Counted from the stretch's first letter, positions 23,857-33,251 are shown. The stretch is DNA of 35,997 nucleotides from Candidatus Aenigmatarchaeota archaeon (GCA_039000685.1 JAWBNW010000002.1:1-35997); one strand, 5' to 3'. The notes: generated by a model from the sequence alone, not told the origin. Numbers and translations: made by a program.

Positions 23857-24081
23857 TCAAATCACTCTTTCTCCAACAATTAGTCTAGCATTCCCACCCG
23901 AGTTTATAATTTCTCTTGCTATAGTTTTCATATTAGCCAAATTCTTTTGATTAAATTGTGCTACCCAATACGAGCCTAGTTCTTGTTTAGCTACAGTCTC
24001 TTTTAACATTCTCCATATTTTTACTCTTTGACTAGACTTATTAAGTGGAATATCAAATGAAAGTACAATTATTTTTTCCAT
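23857..24081 (-). CDS. small alpha/beta protein (74 aa), weak Cas2/PaaX-like beta-alpha-beta signature
   Basis: MEKIIVLSFDIPLNKSSQRVKIWRMLKETVAKQELGSYWVAQ...ARLIVGERVI. Its TGA is directly followed by the ATG of the LAGLIDADG gene. Start moved to the internal ATG at 24081; the upstream part of the ORF is AT-rich promoter-like sequence. Confidence 0.4.
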   Translation of the reverse strand: MEKIIVLSFDIPLNKSSQRVKIWRMLKETVAKQELGSYWVAQFNQKNLANMKTIAREIINSGGNARLIVGERVI

Positions 24082-24215
24082 GTTATATATATAACATAAA
24101 TAAAAATAAAGATTCGTATTGTTATACATAGACAGAATTACTACAGATGAAATGATCTCTTTTCTCTGTGTATCCAACTCCACATTTAATATTTGTAAAA
24201 AAATAAATTCATTTT

Positions 24216-25034
24216 ATGCAAACTCCTGCACAAATTGTTAAAAAGATAAAATCTGTGAAAGTCCAGGGAGCAAAAGAAATAGCTCTTTATTCTCTAAAAT
24301 ATTTGAGAAAATTTTGTGAAAAAAATGGGTTTGGACTGAAATTTGAAGTTGTCGCAATGATGCTTGAAAATGCTAGACCAACTGCAGTTGTTTTACACAA
24401 CTGCTTAGAAATTTTGAAGAAAAAAAGAAAGATTAAAACAATCGATAAACTTATAAAAGAGCTGGAAGATTCGAGCAAAAAGATTGTAATAATCGGACAA
24501 AAAATCATAAGAGATGGGCAAAAAATTTTAACTCATTGCCACTCTGGAAAAGCTTTAGGAATAATAAAAGAAGCTGCAAGGCATGGAAAAAAAATATCTG
24601 TTTATGCAACTATAACAGAGCCTTTGAAGCAAGGCATAAGAACAGCAAAGGAACTAGCAAAGGAAAAGATTCCTGTAACTTTGGCAGAAGATATAGCTGT
24701 AGGCCATTTAATGCATTGCGCTGATATTGTTATTGTTGGTTCTGATGCTATGAGGAAAGAAGGTTTTGTTAACAAAGTTGGTACTTGGCTTATAGCAGAA
24801 GAAGCTAAAAGACACAAAAAACCTTTTTATGTTGTTGGTAGTCATTTTAAGTTTGATTCGAGGAAAAAATTGGTTTTAGAAGAGAGACCTGCTTCAGAAA
24901 TTCTACCAAAACCAATAAAAGGAGTTAAAATAAGAAATCCTGCTTTTGATCTCGTGCCTTGGAATTATGTTACTGCTGTTATCACAGACAAAGGAATTTT
25001 TAAACCAGAAAAGATTAAGGAGATGATAAGATGA
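24216..25034 (+). CDS. e2b2: ribose-1,5-bisphosphate isomerase (eIF-2B alpha/beta/delta-like, e2b2)
   Basis: eIF-2B-related fold: ILTHCHSG, TEPLKQG, VIVGSDAM and NKVGT. Its stop overlaps the rbcL start (ATGA). Confidence 0.75.
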   Translation: MQTPAQIVKKIKSVKVQGAKEIALYSLKYLRKFCEKNGFGLKFEVVAMMLENARPTAVVLHNCLEILKKKRKIKTIDKLIKELEDSSKKIVIIGQKIIRDGQKILTHCHSGKALGIIKEAARHGKKISVYATITEPLKQGIRTAKELAKEKIPVTLAEDIAVGHLMHCADIVIVGSDAMRKEGFVNKVGTWLIAEEAKRHKKPFYVVGSHFKFDSRKKLVLEERPASEILPKPIKGVKIRNPAFDLVPWNYVTAVITDKGIFKPEKIKEMIR

Positions 25035-26254
25035 AGTATTTGGACTATGTTGACTTGAAGTATGAGCCAAGAAAAGATGATATAGTTTGTCTTTTTAGAG
25101 TTGAGCCTGAAGAAGGAATCGAGCTAAAGGAAGCTGCAGGTGCTGTTGCAGCCGAAAGCAGCATAGGTACTTGGACTGAAACCACAACTACAAAACCTTA
25201 TGTTGAAAATCTTGCAGCGAGAGTTTTTGAAATGAATGGAAATTTAATAAAAGTAGCTTATCCTTTCGAGCTTTTTGAACCAGGAAACTTGCCAAACATT
25301 TTGAGCAGCATATCTGGAAATATTTTTGGTATGAAGCATTTGAAAAACTTGAGGCTTCTTGATGTCGTCTTTCCTGAAAAGATTTTGAAAAGTTTTAAAG
25401 GTCCAAAGTACGGAATAGGTGGAATAAGAAAAATTTTTAAAGTAAAAGATAGGCCTTTGGTAGGGACTATAATTAAACCAAAAGTTGGTCTTAAGAGCAA
25501 AGACCATGCAAAAGTTGCTTATGAGGCTTGGGTTGGAGGTTGTGATATTGTGAAAGATGATGAAAACTTGAGCAATCAAAAATTCAACAAGTTTGAAGAA
25601 AGGTTGGAAAAAACTTTCAAGATGAAAGAAAAAGCTGAAAAAGAAACTGGAGAAAAGAAAGCTTATATGATAAACATAACAGCTGAAACAGAAGAAATGT
25701 TAAGAAGAGCAAAGCTTGTTGAGAAAATTGGTAATGAATATGTGATGGTTGATATCATAACAGTTGGCTGGGCTTCCTTACAAACTCTAAGGAAAAAAGA
25801 ATTCGATTTGGTGCTTCATGCTCATAGAGCTGGACATGCAGCGATGACGAAAAATCCAAAGCACGGAATTTCCATGAAAGTTTTGGCCAAGCTTGTAAGA
25901 ATGATCGGTTTAGATCAACTTCATGTTGGAACAGTTGTTGGAAAGATGTTTGAAGGAAAAGAAGAAGTTTTGGAAAATTGTAAGGTTTTGAAAGAAAAAA
26001 TGGGGAAGTTTAAGCCAATGATGCCTGTAGCTTCTGGTGGTCTTTCACCATTTCATGTGCCAAAAATAATCGAAATTTTTGGAAAAGATGTGGTAATTCA
26101 AGCAGGAGGTGGAATTCACGGCCATAAACTTGGAACAAGAAGCGGAGCAATTGCCATGAGACAAGCGATTGAAGCTGTAGAAAAAGGAATTGCCTTGGAA
26201 GAATATGCAGCAACTCACAAAGAGCTTAAGATTGCTTTGGAGGAATTGAAATGA
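25031..26254 (+). CDS. rbcL: RuBisCO large subunit, form III
   Basis: GTIIKPKVGL, GGCDIVKDDENL (the Lys that is carbamylated), LHAHRAGHAA, SGG and GGGIHGH. 407 aa. No small subunit or PRK gene nearby. Confidence 0.9.
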   Translation: MKYLDYVDLKYEPRKDDIVCLFRVEPEEGIELKEAAGAVAAESSIGTWTETTTTKPYVENLAARVFEMNGNLIKVAYPFELFEPGNLPNILSSISGNIFGMKHLKNLRLLDVVFPEKILKSFKGPKYGIGGIRKIFKVKDRPLVGTIIKPKVGLKSKDHAKVAYEAWVGGCDIVKDDENLSNQKFNKFEERLEKTFKMKEKAEKETGEKKAYMINITAETEEMLRRAKLVEKIGNEYVMVDIITVGWASLQTLRKKEFDLVLHAHRAGHAAMTKNPKHGISMKVLAKLVRMIGLDQLHVGTVVGKMFEGKEEVLENCKVLKEKMGKFKPMMPVASGGLSPFHVPKIIEIFGKDVVIQAGGGIHGHKLGTRSGAIAMRQAIEAVEKGIALEEYAATHKELKIALEELK

Positions 26255-26526
26255 TGAAAATTTTTTCAATTTTACTGTTTTTTGGAATAGCTTTTTCCAT
26301 TATCGCTTTTCACGAGTTAACAAGAAACATTTGTATTTTTGACTCAGAATGTGAATGGAAAATAACAAACTGTTGTTCTGAAAATGCTGGAGCTAAGTGG
26401 GAGTGTGTGAACAAGAAAACTTTTGTTGAACCGGAATGTCCGAAATATGTGATATGCCCAAGAATTTTATCTCCAAAACCAAATTTATCTTGTAAGTGTG
26501 AAGAAGGAAAGTGTGTGATAAGATGA
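26251..26526 (+). CDS. small secreted/membrane-anchored Cys-rich protein (91 aa, 10 Cys)
   Basis: N-terminal hydrophobic segment, then a Cys-rich domain. ATGA overlaps with rbcL upstream and deoA downstream. Confidence 0.5.
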   Translation: MMKIFSILLFFGIAFSIIAFHELTRNICIFDSECEWKITNCCSENAGAKWECVNKKTFVEPECPKYVICPRILSPKPNLSCKCEEGKCVIR

Positions 26527-28067
26527 TGTTCAAAGCAAAAATTTTGGAGCTTGAGACTGGCGGCAAGCCTATAGTTGTGATTAATAAAGAAGATGCCGAA
26601 GAGCTTGGAATAAGAGGTTTATCTAGAATTGTGATTAAAACTGAAGAGAAGAAGATAACTGGAATAGTGAACATGACCACAAAAATTGTTAACCAAGGAG
26701 AAATTGGGCTGAGTGAAAGTGTGGCCAAAACTTTGAACTTAGTTGGTGGAGAAGAGGTGGAAGTTGAAGTTGCAAGATTTCCTTCTTCCTTACAACACAT
26801 TAAAAACAAGCTCAAAGGCAAAAAACTAAACTATGAAGAAATTTTTGAGATAGTGAAAGATGCTGTTGAAGGAAATTTAAGTGAAGGTGAAATAGCTTCT
26901 TTTGTTGCCGCCTTGGAAACTAAAGGCTTGGACCTGGATGAAGCTGCTAGCTTGTCTTTAGCAATGGTTGAGACAGGAAGGAAGCTTGAACTCAAGAAGA
27001 AAATTATAGTTGATAAACATAGCATTGGTGGAATAGCTGGAGATAAGACCACTCTGCTTGTGGTGCCAATAGTTGCTGCTGCTGGTTTAGCTATACCAAA
27101 AACTTCTTCCAGAGCAATAACTGGAGCTGCTGGCACTGCTGATAGAGCCGAGGCTCTGATGCCTGTCAATTTGAGTATAGAAGAGATGAAGAAAGTTGTG
27201 GAAAAAACTAATGGGTGCATAGCATGGGGAGGTGCTCTGCATCTAGCCCCAGCTGATGATATCTTTATTCAAGCAGAATATCCTTTAACTATAGATCCTT
27301 TGCTCTTGCCTTCGATCATGGCAAAGAAAAAAGCAGTTGGGTCAAAGTTTTTGGTTGTAGACATACCAACAGGGAGAGGAGCGAAGACAAAAACCATAGG
27401 AGATGCAAACTTGCTTGCAAAAGATTTCATCGAGCTTGGAGCAAGACTTGGAATAAAAACTCATTGTGCTATAACAGATGGTGAGCAGCCTGTTGGGTAT
27501 GTGATTGGCCCTGCTTTGGAAGCAAGGGAAGCCCTAGAAGTTTTGATGAGAAGAAAGAATGTTCAAGATCTTGTAGACAAAACTGCTCATTTGGCTGGAA
27601 TTTTGTTTGAGATGATTGGGAAGAAAAATGGATACAAACTTGCTCTTGAAATTTTGAATTCTGGAAAAGCTGAAAAAAAGATGAGGGAAATTATTGCGGC
27701 CCAAGGTGGAAATGAAAAAATAATTCCTGAGCAAATACAAGTTGGTGAAAATAAGCTTGATATAGTTGCTGAAAGAGATGGGATAGTTCTCTGGCTAAAC
27801 AATGCTGGAATAAATGAGGTTGCAAGGGCGGCTGGTTCACCAAAGGATAGGGGAGCGGGTGTTTTGCTTCACAAAAAATTGAATGATAAAGTTGCTAAAG
27901 GAGAAAGATTGTTAACAATATATGCTGAAAAGTCTAGAAAGCTGGAAAGGGTAAAAGAAGTTTTTGAGGAAGGTAATGTGATTGGAATAGGGGATAGAAG
28001 AGAGATGTTAATCCAACAAGTAAAAGAAATTCCACTACATAAAAAGACTTTCATCCTCGAGAGATAA
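26523..28067 (+). CDS. deoA: AMP phosphorylase (thymidine phosphorylase family)
   Basis: The N-terminal extra domain (MMFKAKILELETGGKPIVVINKEDAEELG) is typical of archaeal AMP phosphorylase. Also HSIGGIAGDKTT and TSSRAITGAAGTAD motifs. Confidence 0.85.
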   Translation: MMFKAKILELETGGKPIVVINKEDAEELGIRGLSRIVIKTEEKKITGIVNMTTKIVNQGEIGLSESVAKTLNLVGGEEVEVEVARFPSSLQHIKNKLKGKKLNYEEIFEIVKDAVEGNLSEGEIASFVAALETKGLDLDEAASLSLAMVETGRKLELKKKIIVDKHSIGGIAGDKTTLLVVPIVAAAGLAIPKTSSRAITGAAGTADRAEALMPVNLSIEEMKKVVEKTNGCIAWGGALHLAPADDIFIQAEYPLTIDPLLLPSIMAKKKAVGSKFLVVDIPTGRGAKTKTIGDANLLAKDFIELGARLGIKTHCAITDGEQPVGYVIGPALEAREALEVLMRRKNVQDLVDKTAHLAGILFEMIGKKNGYKLALEILNSGKAEKKMREIIAAQGGNEKIIPEQIQVGENKLDIVAERDGIVLWLNNAGINEVARAAGSPKDRGAGVLLHKKLNDKVAKGERLLTIYAEKSRKLERVKEVFEEGNVIGIGDRREMLIQQVKEIPLHKKTFILER

Positions 28068-28091
28068 AAAAAGAAAGCTGAAAGGGAAAGC

Positions 28092-28373
28092 CTACTTCTC
28101 AAGGGTTATTGTTATCGTTGACACATTGATCTTCGTCTTGTCTTCAAGCTCTTTCTCTTCAGTTCCTATCTCTATGTTACTTACTTTAGCATCTGTGACG
28201 AACCTTCTTGTCACTATCTCTGCTACATCCACTGCTCTAGAAATCGATCTTCCTCTGGCTTTTATTTGCACTTCTTTCTTACCATTGTTGAACTGAGTTA
28301 TCACTCCTAGCACATATGCCATAGAAGGCTTCTTACCGACGAAGATCACGTTGTCTTCTGATTTTTCTGCCAT
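28092..28373 (-). CDS. albA: chromatin/RNA-binding protein Alba
   Basis: [21 protein letters not shown]...[18 protein letters not shown]. 93 aa. AGGAGGTG SD upstream. Confidence 0.9.
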   Translation of the reverse strand: MAEKSEDNVIFVGKKPSMAYVLGVITQFNNGKKEVQIKARGRSISRAVDVAEIVTRRFVTDAKVSNIEIGTEEKELEDKTKINVSTITITLEK

Positions 28374-28452
28374 TCAATCACACCTCCTGTTTTTTGGCAA
28401 TTGTTTTTGTTTAAAGATTATTTAATTTTAGTGTAGAAATATTTAAAAGCTT

Positions 28453-29703
28453 TTATTCACAACCAGTACACCAGCTTCCCGGAGGACAAACGCAATTGCC
28501 GCTAGATTCTATGCAAGCCCCTTCATTATAACAGTTTATTGCTCTTAACTTGACCATTGTGTGTACACTGAATATCAAATATCTATCTCCTGAAACTGAA
28601 AGCAAATATTTTTTATCCGTGCAAGAGAAAACTGCTTCCATCGATCCTTTTGTTTCAAACCAGACTTTACATTTTTTGGTTGAACATGAATCGGAGAAAT
28701 AAATCTTGTTTTTTGATTTGGGGAAAAATAGATTTGAATTTGGAAGAAAATAACTAAAGCTTTGAGTTTGTGTCCTTTCTGAAAGAATAGATTTAGAACA
28801 CAATTCACCAGGCTTTTCTATAAAACAGCTTCTGCAAGCAGGTGCATCTTCCCAATCAATGCATTCAAATGTTCCGGAACAAGGCTCAAGCTCATGATAG
28901 CAGCCTATCAATTTTGCTGTACATGTAACATATTCATCAAATGAGTTTTGTAGAGCTTTTCTTGCAGTTTCGACCACATTTTCTAAACATGATTGAAATC
29001 CAGGGCAAGTTGACAAACAAGGCTGACAGCCACCCACATAATCAGAATTTCCACAAGCACAAATTCGTGATAAGCAATTACATGTGCCTCCAACTAAAAT
29101 TCCTGCTCCAACAGGCGCCCATTCTCTGAATTTTCTATACATGTACCAAAATCTATCCTGTGCTATTTCTTCATAAACTTCATTTGAAGATGTTACCAAA
29201 TTTTCATCAAGAGTTATGTTGGCTTTGCTTCCGTAAGCACCAACATTGAATTTTTCATCATTTTTTCCAGAAAGGACAGAATTTTCATTCACATCATAAT
29301 CAACACAAGTAGAGTTTGTTATGTTTATTATTGGCAAATCTTGGAGTTTGAAATTTTTCAGATATTTGTTTAAACTCAATTTTGTTTCTTCTGAAAGGAA
29401 AAATCTTACTTCATCCACTTTTGGTGAAATCTCAGCATTGCAAATCCAGCTTCTTGGAAAGCCTGTGTCGCTTGTCTGACCACCTTGGCCTGCAACATAT
29501 TTTGTTTCTGCGTGAACTGCAAATATAAGGGCATTTCTTGTGAATCCTTTAACATAATCTAAGTATTTGGAGATTTTGGAGATTAATGTCTCTTGGACAA
29601 GCCTTTGTGATGAGGTTGTACTCAGAAATGTTGATAAAAGCCAAAGAATGAAGAAAGTCCCTAAGAGAAAGACCAATACCAACAAACTTGATTGAGATTT
29701 CAT
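28453..29703 (-). CDS. membrane-anchored Cys-rich extracellular protein, unknown function
   Basis: N-terminal TM segment. The C-terminal half carries about 40 Cys in CxC/CxxC clusters. First gene (3'-most) of the surface cluster. Confidence 0.5.
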   Translation of the reverse strand: MKSQSSLLVLVFLLGTFFILWLLSTFLSTTSSQRLVQETLISKISKYLDYVKGFTRNALIFAVHAETKYVAGQGGQTSDTGFPRSWICNAEISPKVDEVRFFLSEETKLSLNKYLKNFKLQDLPIINITNSTCVDYDVNENSVLSGKNDEKFNVGAYGSKANITLDENLVTSSNEVYEEIAQDRFWYMYRKFREWAPVGAGILVGGTCNCLSRICACGNSDYVGGCQPCLSTCPGFQSCLENVVETARKALQNSFDEYVTCTAKLIGCYHELEPCSGTFECIDWEDAPACRSCFIEKPGELCSKSILSERTQTQSFSYFLPNSNLFFPKSKNKIYFSDSCSTKKCKVWFETKGSMEAVFSCTDKKYLLSVSGDRYLIFSVHTMVKLRAINCYNEGACIESSGNCVCPPGSWCTGCE

Positions 29704-29704
29704 G

Positions 29705-31222
29705 CTACCACACTTTTATATGCAAGTAAATTATTTCACCTCTCCAACTTGGTATAGGAAGTGGGGCAAAAAATGTTATTAACCTTTCTGTATTTTTTGG
29801 CTTGTAACCAAATTCTACACTTTTTCCTATTGTTATCGGTGGTGTGTTATAACTTGTGAAGAAATTGTAAACATAGTGTCCCGAACCAAACTTGCTTCCT
29901 ATTTCAAATTTCAAGTTTTTATCAAACCTTTGTATTTCTCTGTCAAGGCAAGTGACCCAGAGTTTGCCCAAAATATCTATACCAACTCCTGTTGGTTGTC
30001 TGCAAGTAGAACTTCTGCCCAATTCATTTCCTTCTTTGTCATATTTCACTATCAAATTTTTTGCTGAAGAAACAGCATAGATGTTTTCTTCACCGTCAAC
30101 AATTACTCCTCTACCTTGATATAGCTCTGGTTTTTGTAAGTTGAAGATGATAGAATCTGTTGTGGTGTTGACTTTTATCAATCTCGAATCCTCATAAGCA
30201 TTGATTACAAGACAGTCTTCCAAATAACAAGGTGCAATTCCATAAACTTTGTATCCTATGTTTATTACCTTGAATTCTTCTGTTTGAGGATCAAACTTGA
30301 CTAGTTTAAGCTGATGAACACCAGAAATCCAAACTATACCATTTTTATCAACAAAACAACCATAAGGATTAATTCCAACTTGACTTAAATCCCACTCTTT
30401 TAAAACTTGACCGTCGTTTGAAACTTTGAAAAATTTTCTCTCTCTATATAGACCTGCATAAACAACATTTTCTTTTTCACTGAAACAAACTGCCCTCACA
30501 CCTTCTGATCCAAATCCTCCATAATCATTACCCCCTAAAAAAACTTCAGCTAAAAGACACTCATCCTTACCAAATGGAAGAACCTCATTATCATCTATTA
30601 ATCCATTGCCATTCAAATCTTCGGAAGTTTCTATCTTACCATTACCGTTCTTATCCACACATTGACCATTCTCTTTTAAACCGATTTTTACCAAAGTTCT
30701 TGTCCCTCTATTACCAACCCAAACATTCCCGTTTTTATCTATTGAGACTCTTGATGGGTTTCCATTTCTGTTTGCGGGCACAGTATAATACTTCCCAAGC
30801 TCCCTCCCATCAATAATTGAAATTTTTGAAATAGAATTTTCATCACCAGAATTTGGTATCCAAAGCACATGAAAAATTTCTGTTCTTGCTGTAAGATTTA
30901 AGTTCCATCTATCTTGGAAGTGAGAATCAAAATAATCGTAAACCAATTTGGTCACATTTATTCCACCGTATTTATCTCCATAATCTACAACATCTTCACC
31001 ACCATTAACAATCATGTCACCAAGCAATTGGCCATAAGTTTTGTCAAATTTTGGAATTTTTGTGTAAAGGAAATTTCTTGTAGCTTCTACAACTCTTTCA
31101 TACTCGTGTTGAGTTGAGACCATGCTTACAGATTGTTGAGTTCTTGAAGAAAAGAAAAAGTAAGAGATGAAAACTAAGATTGAAATACCAACCACCAAAA
31201 TTAACAAATCCATTAGCTCCAT
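29705..31222 (-). CDS. membrane-anchored beta-propeller protein (NHL/SMP-30/Vgb-like repeats) with a DxNGNG Ca-binding-like loop
   Basis: N-terminal TM segment. Repeated NGNVWVGN / NGIVWISG / GKLWVTC / ENIYAVSS blade motifs, plus DKNGNGKIETSEDLNGNGLIDDNE. Confidence 0.55.
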   Translation of the reverse strand: MELMDLLILVVGISILVFISYFFFSSRTQQSVSMVSTQHEYERVVEATRNFLYTKIPKFDKTYGQLLGDMIVNGGEDVVDYGDKYGGINVTKLVYDYFDSHFQDRWNLNLTARTEIFHVLWIPNSGDENSISKISIIDGRELGKYYTVPANRNGNPSRVSIDKNGNVWVGNRGTRTLVKIGLKENGQCVDKNGNGKIETSEDLNGNGLIDDNEVLPFGKDECLLAEVFLGGNDYGGFGSEGVRAVCFSEKENVVYAGLYRERKFFKVSNDGQVLKEWDLSQVGINPYGCFVDKNGIVWISGVHQLKLVKFDPQTEEFKVINIGYKVYGIAPCYLEDCLVINAYEDSRLIKVNTTTDSIIFNLQKPELYQGRGVIVDGEENIYAVSSAKNLIVKYDKEGNELGRSSTCRQPTGVGIDILGKLWVTCLDREIQRFDKNLKFEIGSKFGSGHYVYNFFTSYNTPPITIGKSVEFGYKPKNTERLITFFAPLPIPSWRGEIIYLHIKVW

Positions 31223-31233
31223 GGTTTGAGCTT

Positions 31234-32661
31234 TCAGACTATCACCTCTAAAACATCACCTAGATTTTTTGTATATATTTTGTATTTCCCTGGTGAAAGA
31301 TTTGAAAATTCTATTTTTTTGTTGCAAGCAAGATTCTGACAAATTTTCTTTCCCTCAATTTCCAAACATATTTTATTTGTTGAAGATTCAAGAAAAATCG
31401 GGTAATGAAAAGTGAATGTGCCTTGAAAGTCTGTGTTTGTTAAGCAACTTTTATCCAAGAAACCTCTGAATTCTTCCAACTCACCATCCACAATTGTTAT
31501 TGTCATTTTTCCAGGAATTGTCGTTGTTTCATCAATAAAAACATTTATTGGAACAGAGATTGAAAAAGCTAATCTTAAAGCTTCTTTTTCGGAAAATTCG
31601 GCATCGCCAAAACTCCATATCATTGGGAAAATTTCGACTTCAAGAGTTTCTCTTGGTTTTGAGACAAGCTCTTCACATGTTCTTGCATCGAAGAATTGTC
31701 CATTGGTTATTGACGCTATCTCTTCAAGCCTTGCCACATCCGCTTCTGAACCATATGCAATTGTATAAACTGGGATGTTTGTAGATTTGTAAGTGTTTGC
31801 AATTTCTATACTTGATCCACACCTATTTTCTATCCCATCTGTAAGTAAGACTATGGCCTGACCACCATTAGAAATAGCATATTCAAATCCTTTTTTAAGA
31901 CCAGATGCCATAGGCGTTAAATCATAAGGAGAAAGTGAAGAAATTTTGGATTTCAAGTTTTCCCTGATGGAGAAGCCGTCCAATCTCGTGAACGGAAAAA
32001 GCAATTGTGGATTACAACCATTCTCATCTCCATATGGAATTACAGCAATTTCACTATCATCACTCATTTTTTCAATGAAGCCGTACATGAAAAGTTTTAA
32101 ACAACAAATTTTTGTATCTTTTCTCACATCAACATCACATTTTCCACCAGGATCCTTCATACTATCAGAAACATCTAGAACGAAAACCACTTTTTTGCCA
32201 TCTATGAGAGAAAGTAATTTTCCGAAAACACCTTCTTTTTTTCCAACTTCGGCTGAACTTATGTTCAAAGGAAATGTCTCTGCATCAACTCTATAGCCAA
32301 AATCAAAATCTCTTGCACAGTCTGGTTGAATTTCACTAAATCTTAAAAAGTCGTCGAGCTTTTTTTTGTCCAAAACTCTATGAGAGCTTAGTTCTACTAT
32401 TTTATTTTCCACGCTACCTTTTTCCTTATAAGCTAAGCAGCTTACATCACCTGCAAGAACATCTAGCAATCTGTTTGCCCTGTTCTTAAGCAGTAAATTT
32501 CTTTCTTGTTGGGCTGAAGCTAAGTTGGAGAAAAAAATTCTGTTTATGAATATGGCTATACTTACTAACACTAGAATGATATAAATTCCTTTTATCAATA
32601 AGCTGGTTTGACCTTTCCTCTCACCATTCCCTTTCTTTTCCACTCCTTTCACCCAACTCAA
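31234..32661 (-). CDS. von Willebrand factor A (vWA) domain protein with a pilin-like class III signal peptide
   Basis: ERKG|QTSLLIKGIYIILVLVSIAIF at the N-terminus. MIDAS motif VVFVLDVSDSM, then LTPMASG and VLLTDGIEN. Confidence 0.7.
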   Translation of the reverse strand: MSWVKGVEKKGNGERKGQTSLLIKGIYIILVLVSIAIFINRIFFSNLASAQQERNLLLKNRANRLLDVLAGDVSCLAYKEKGSVENKIVELSSHRVLDKKKLDDFLRFSEIQPDCARDFDFGYRVDAETFPLNISSAEVGKKEGVFGKLLSLIDGKKVVFVLDVSDSMKDPGGKCDVDVRKDTKICCLKLFMYGFIEKMSDDSEIAVIPYGDENGCNPQLLFPFTRLDGFSIRENLKSKISSLSPYDLTPMASGLKKGFEYAISNGGQAIVLLTDGIENRCGSSIEIANTYKSTNIPVYTIAYGSEADVARLEEIASITNGQFFDARTCEELVSKPRETLEVEIFPMIWSFGDAEFSEKEALRLAFSISVPINVFIDETTTIPGKMTITIVDGELEEFRGFLDKSCLTNTDFQGTFTFHYPIFLESSTNKICLEIEGKKICQNLACNKKIEFSNLSPGKYKIYTKNLGDVLEVIV

Positions 32662-33251
32662 ATGATTGTTGTTACAGATAATACTTCTCTATCTTCAGAA
32701 ATTATGCCACACAAGCCTGTAGGAAATTCTAAAGATTTAAGCATGCAAACTCTCTTAACAGGTTTTCCTTGAAACACAGCAGACGATGCTACAAATCTTG
32801 AAGCCATGATTTCTGTTGAATTTTTTCCAATTCCAATTAAATATTCCTTAAAAATTGATATGGCTTCTTCATCACTTATTTTCACTTCTGGCACCGTACA
32901 AGAGCGAGAAGTAATATTACAAACCATTCCTTCTATGTTACACTTACAATCAATACAACAATTCCATTCATCTTCCCCTATTTCACAAATCCCATTTCCA
33001 CAACATTCTTTCAATTCAACACATTCACAAATATCATTGATGCACTTTTGCTCTTTACATGTTCCACAACTCCCTTGACACTCTCCACAATCTTTTGGAC
33101 AATTACATCTGTTTTCATTTTTTTCACAAATTCCATTTCCACAATATTTTGAAATTTCACTTGTTCTTATCAAAATGTAAAAGACTATTACAAGAATAAT
33201 TGCAACCAAAGCAATCAAAAGTAAAACTGTTACATTTTTTCTCTCTTCCAT
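32658..33251 (-). CDS. membrane-anchored protein with tandem CGNGICE Cys-rich modules
   Basis: N-terminal TM segment, then YCGNGICEKNENRCNCPKDCGEC and CCGNGICEIGEDEWNCCIDCKC. Confidence 0.5.
   Translation of the reverse strand: MEERKNVTVLLLIALVAIILVIVFYILIRTSEISKYCGNGICEKNENRCNCPKDCGECQGSCGTCKEQKCINDICECVELKECCGNGICEIGEDEWNCCIDCKCNIEGMVCNITSRSCTVPEVKISDEEAISIFKEYLIGIGKNSTEIMASRFVASSAVFQGKPVKRVCMLKSLEFPTGLCGIISEDREVLSVTTII

Noticed and set aside
24082-24183. Longer N-terminus (MELDTQRKEIISSVVILSMYNNTNLYFYLCYIYN) for the small Cas2-like ORF
   Set aside because: The extension is a translation of AT-rich, TATA-like promoter sequence. The structured part starts at MEKIIVLSF.
25031-26254. RuBisCO as evidence for Calvin-cycle autotrophy
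   Set aside because: It has form III features and an operon context with AMP phosphorylase and R15P isomerase. No PRK or small-subunit gene is in the window. Nucleotide salvage is the better-supported reading.
26393-27220. Minus-strand ORFs 26393..26821 and 26831..27220, antisense to deoA. The same applies to other antisense ORFs: 4293..4778, 13263..13493, 21094..21411, 25244..25579, 31433..31768, 31946..32296 and 32806..33078.
   Set aside because: All are embedded antisense in genes with strong family signatures. They have low-complexity or Ser/Leu/Phe-rich composition typical of shadow ORFs in AT-rich DNA.
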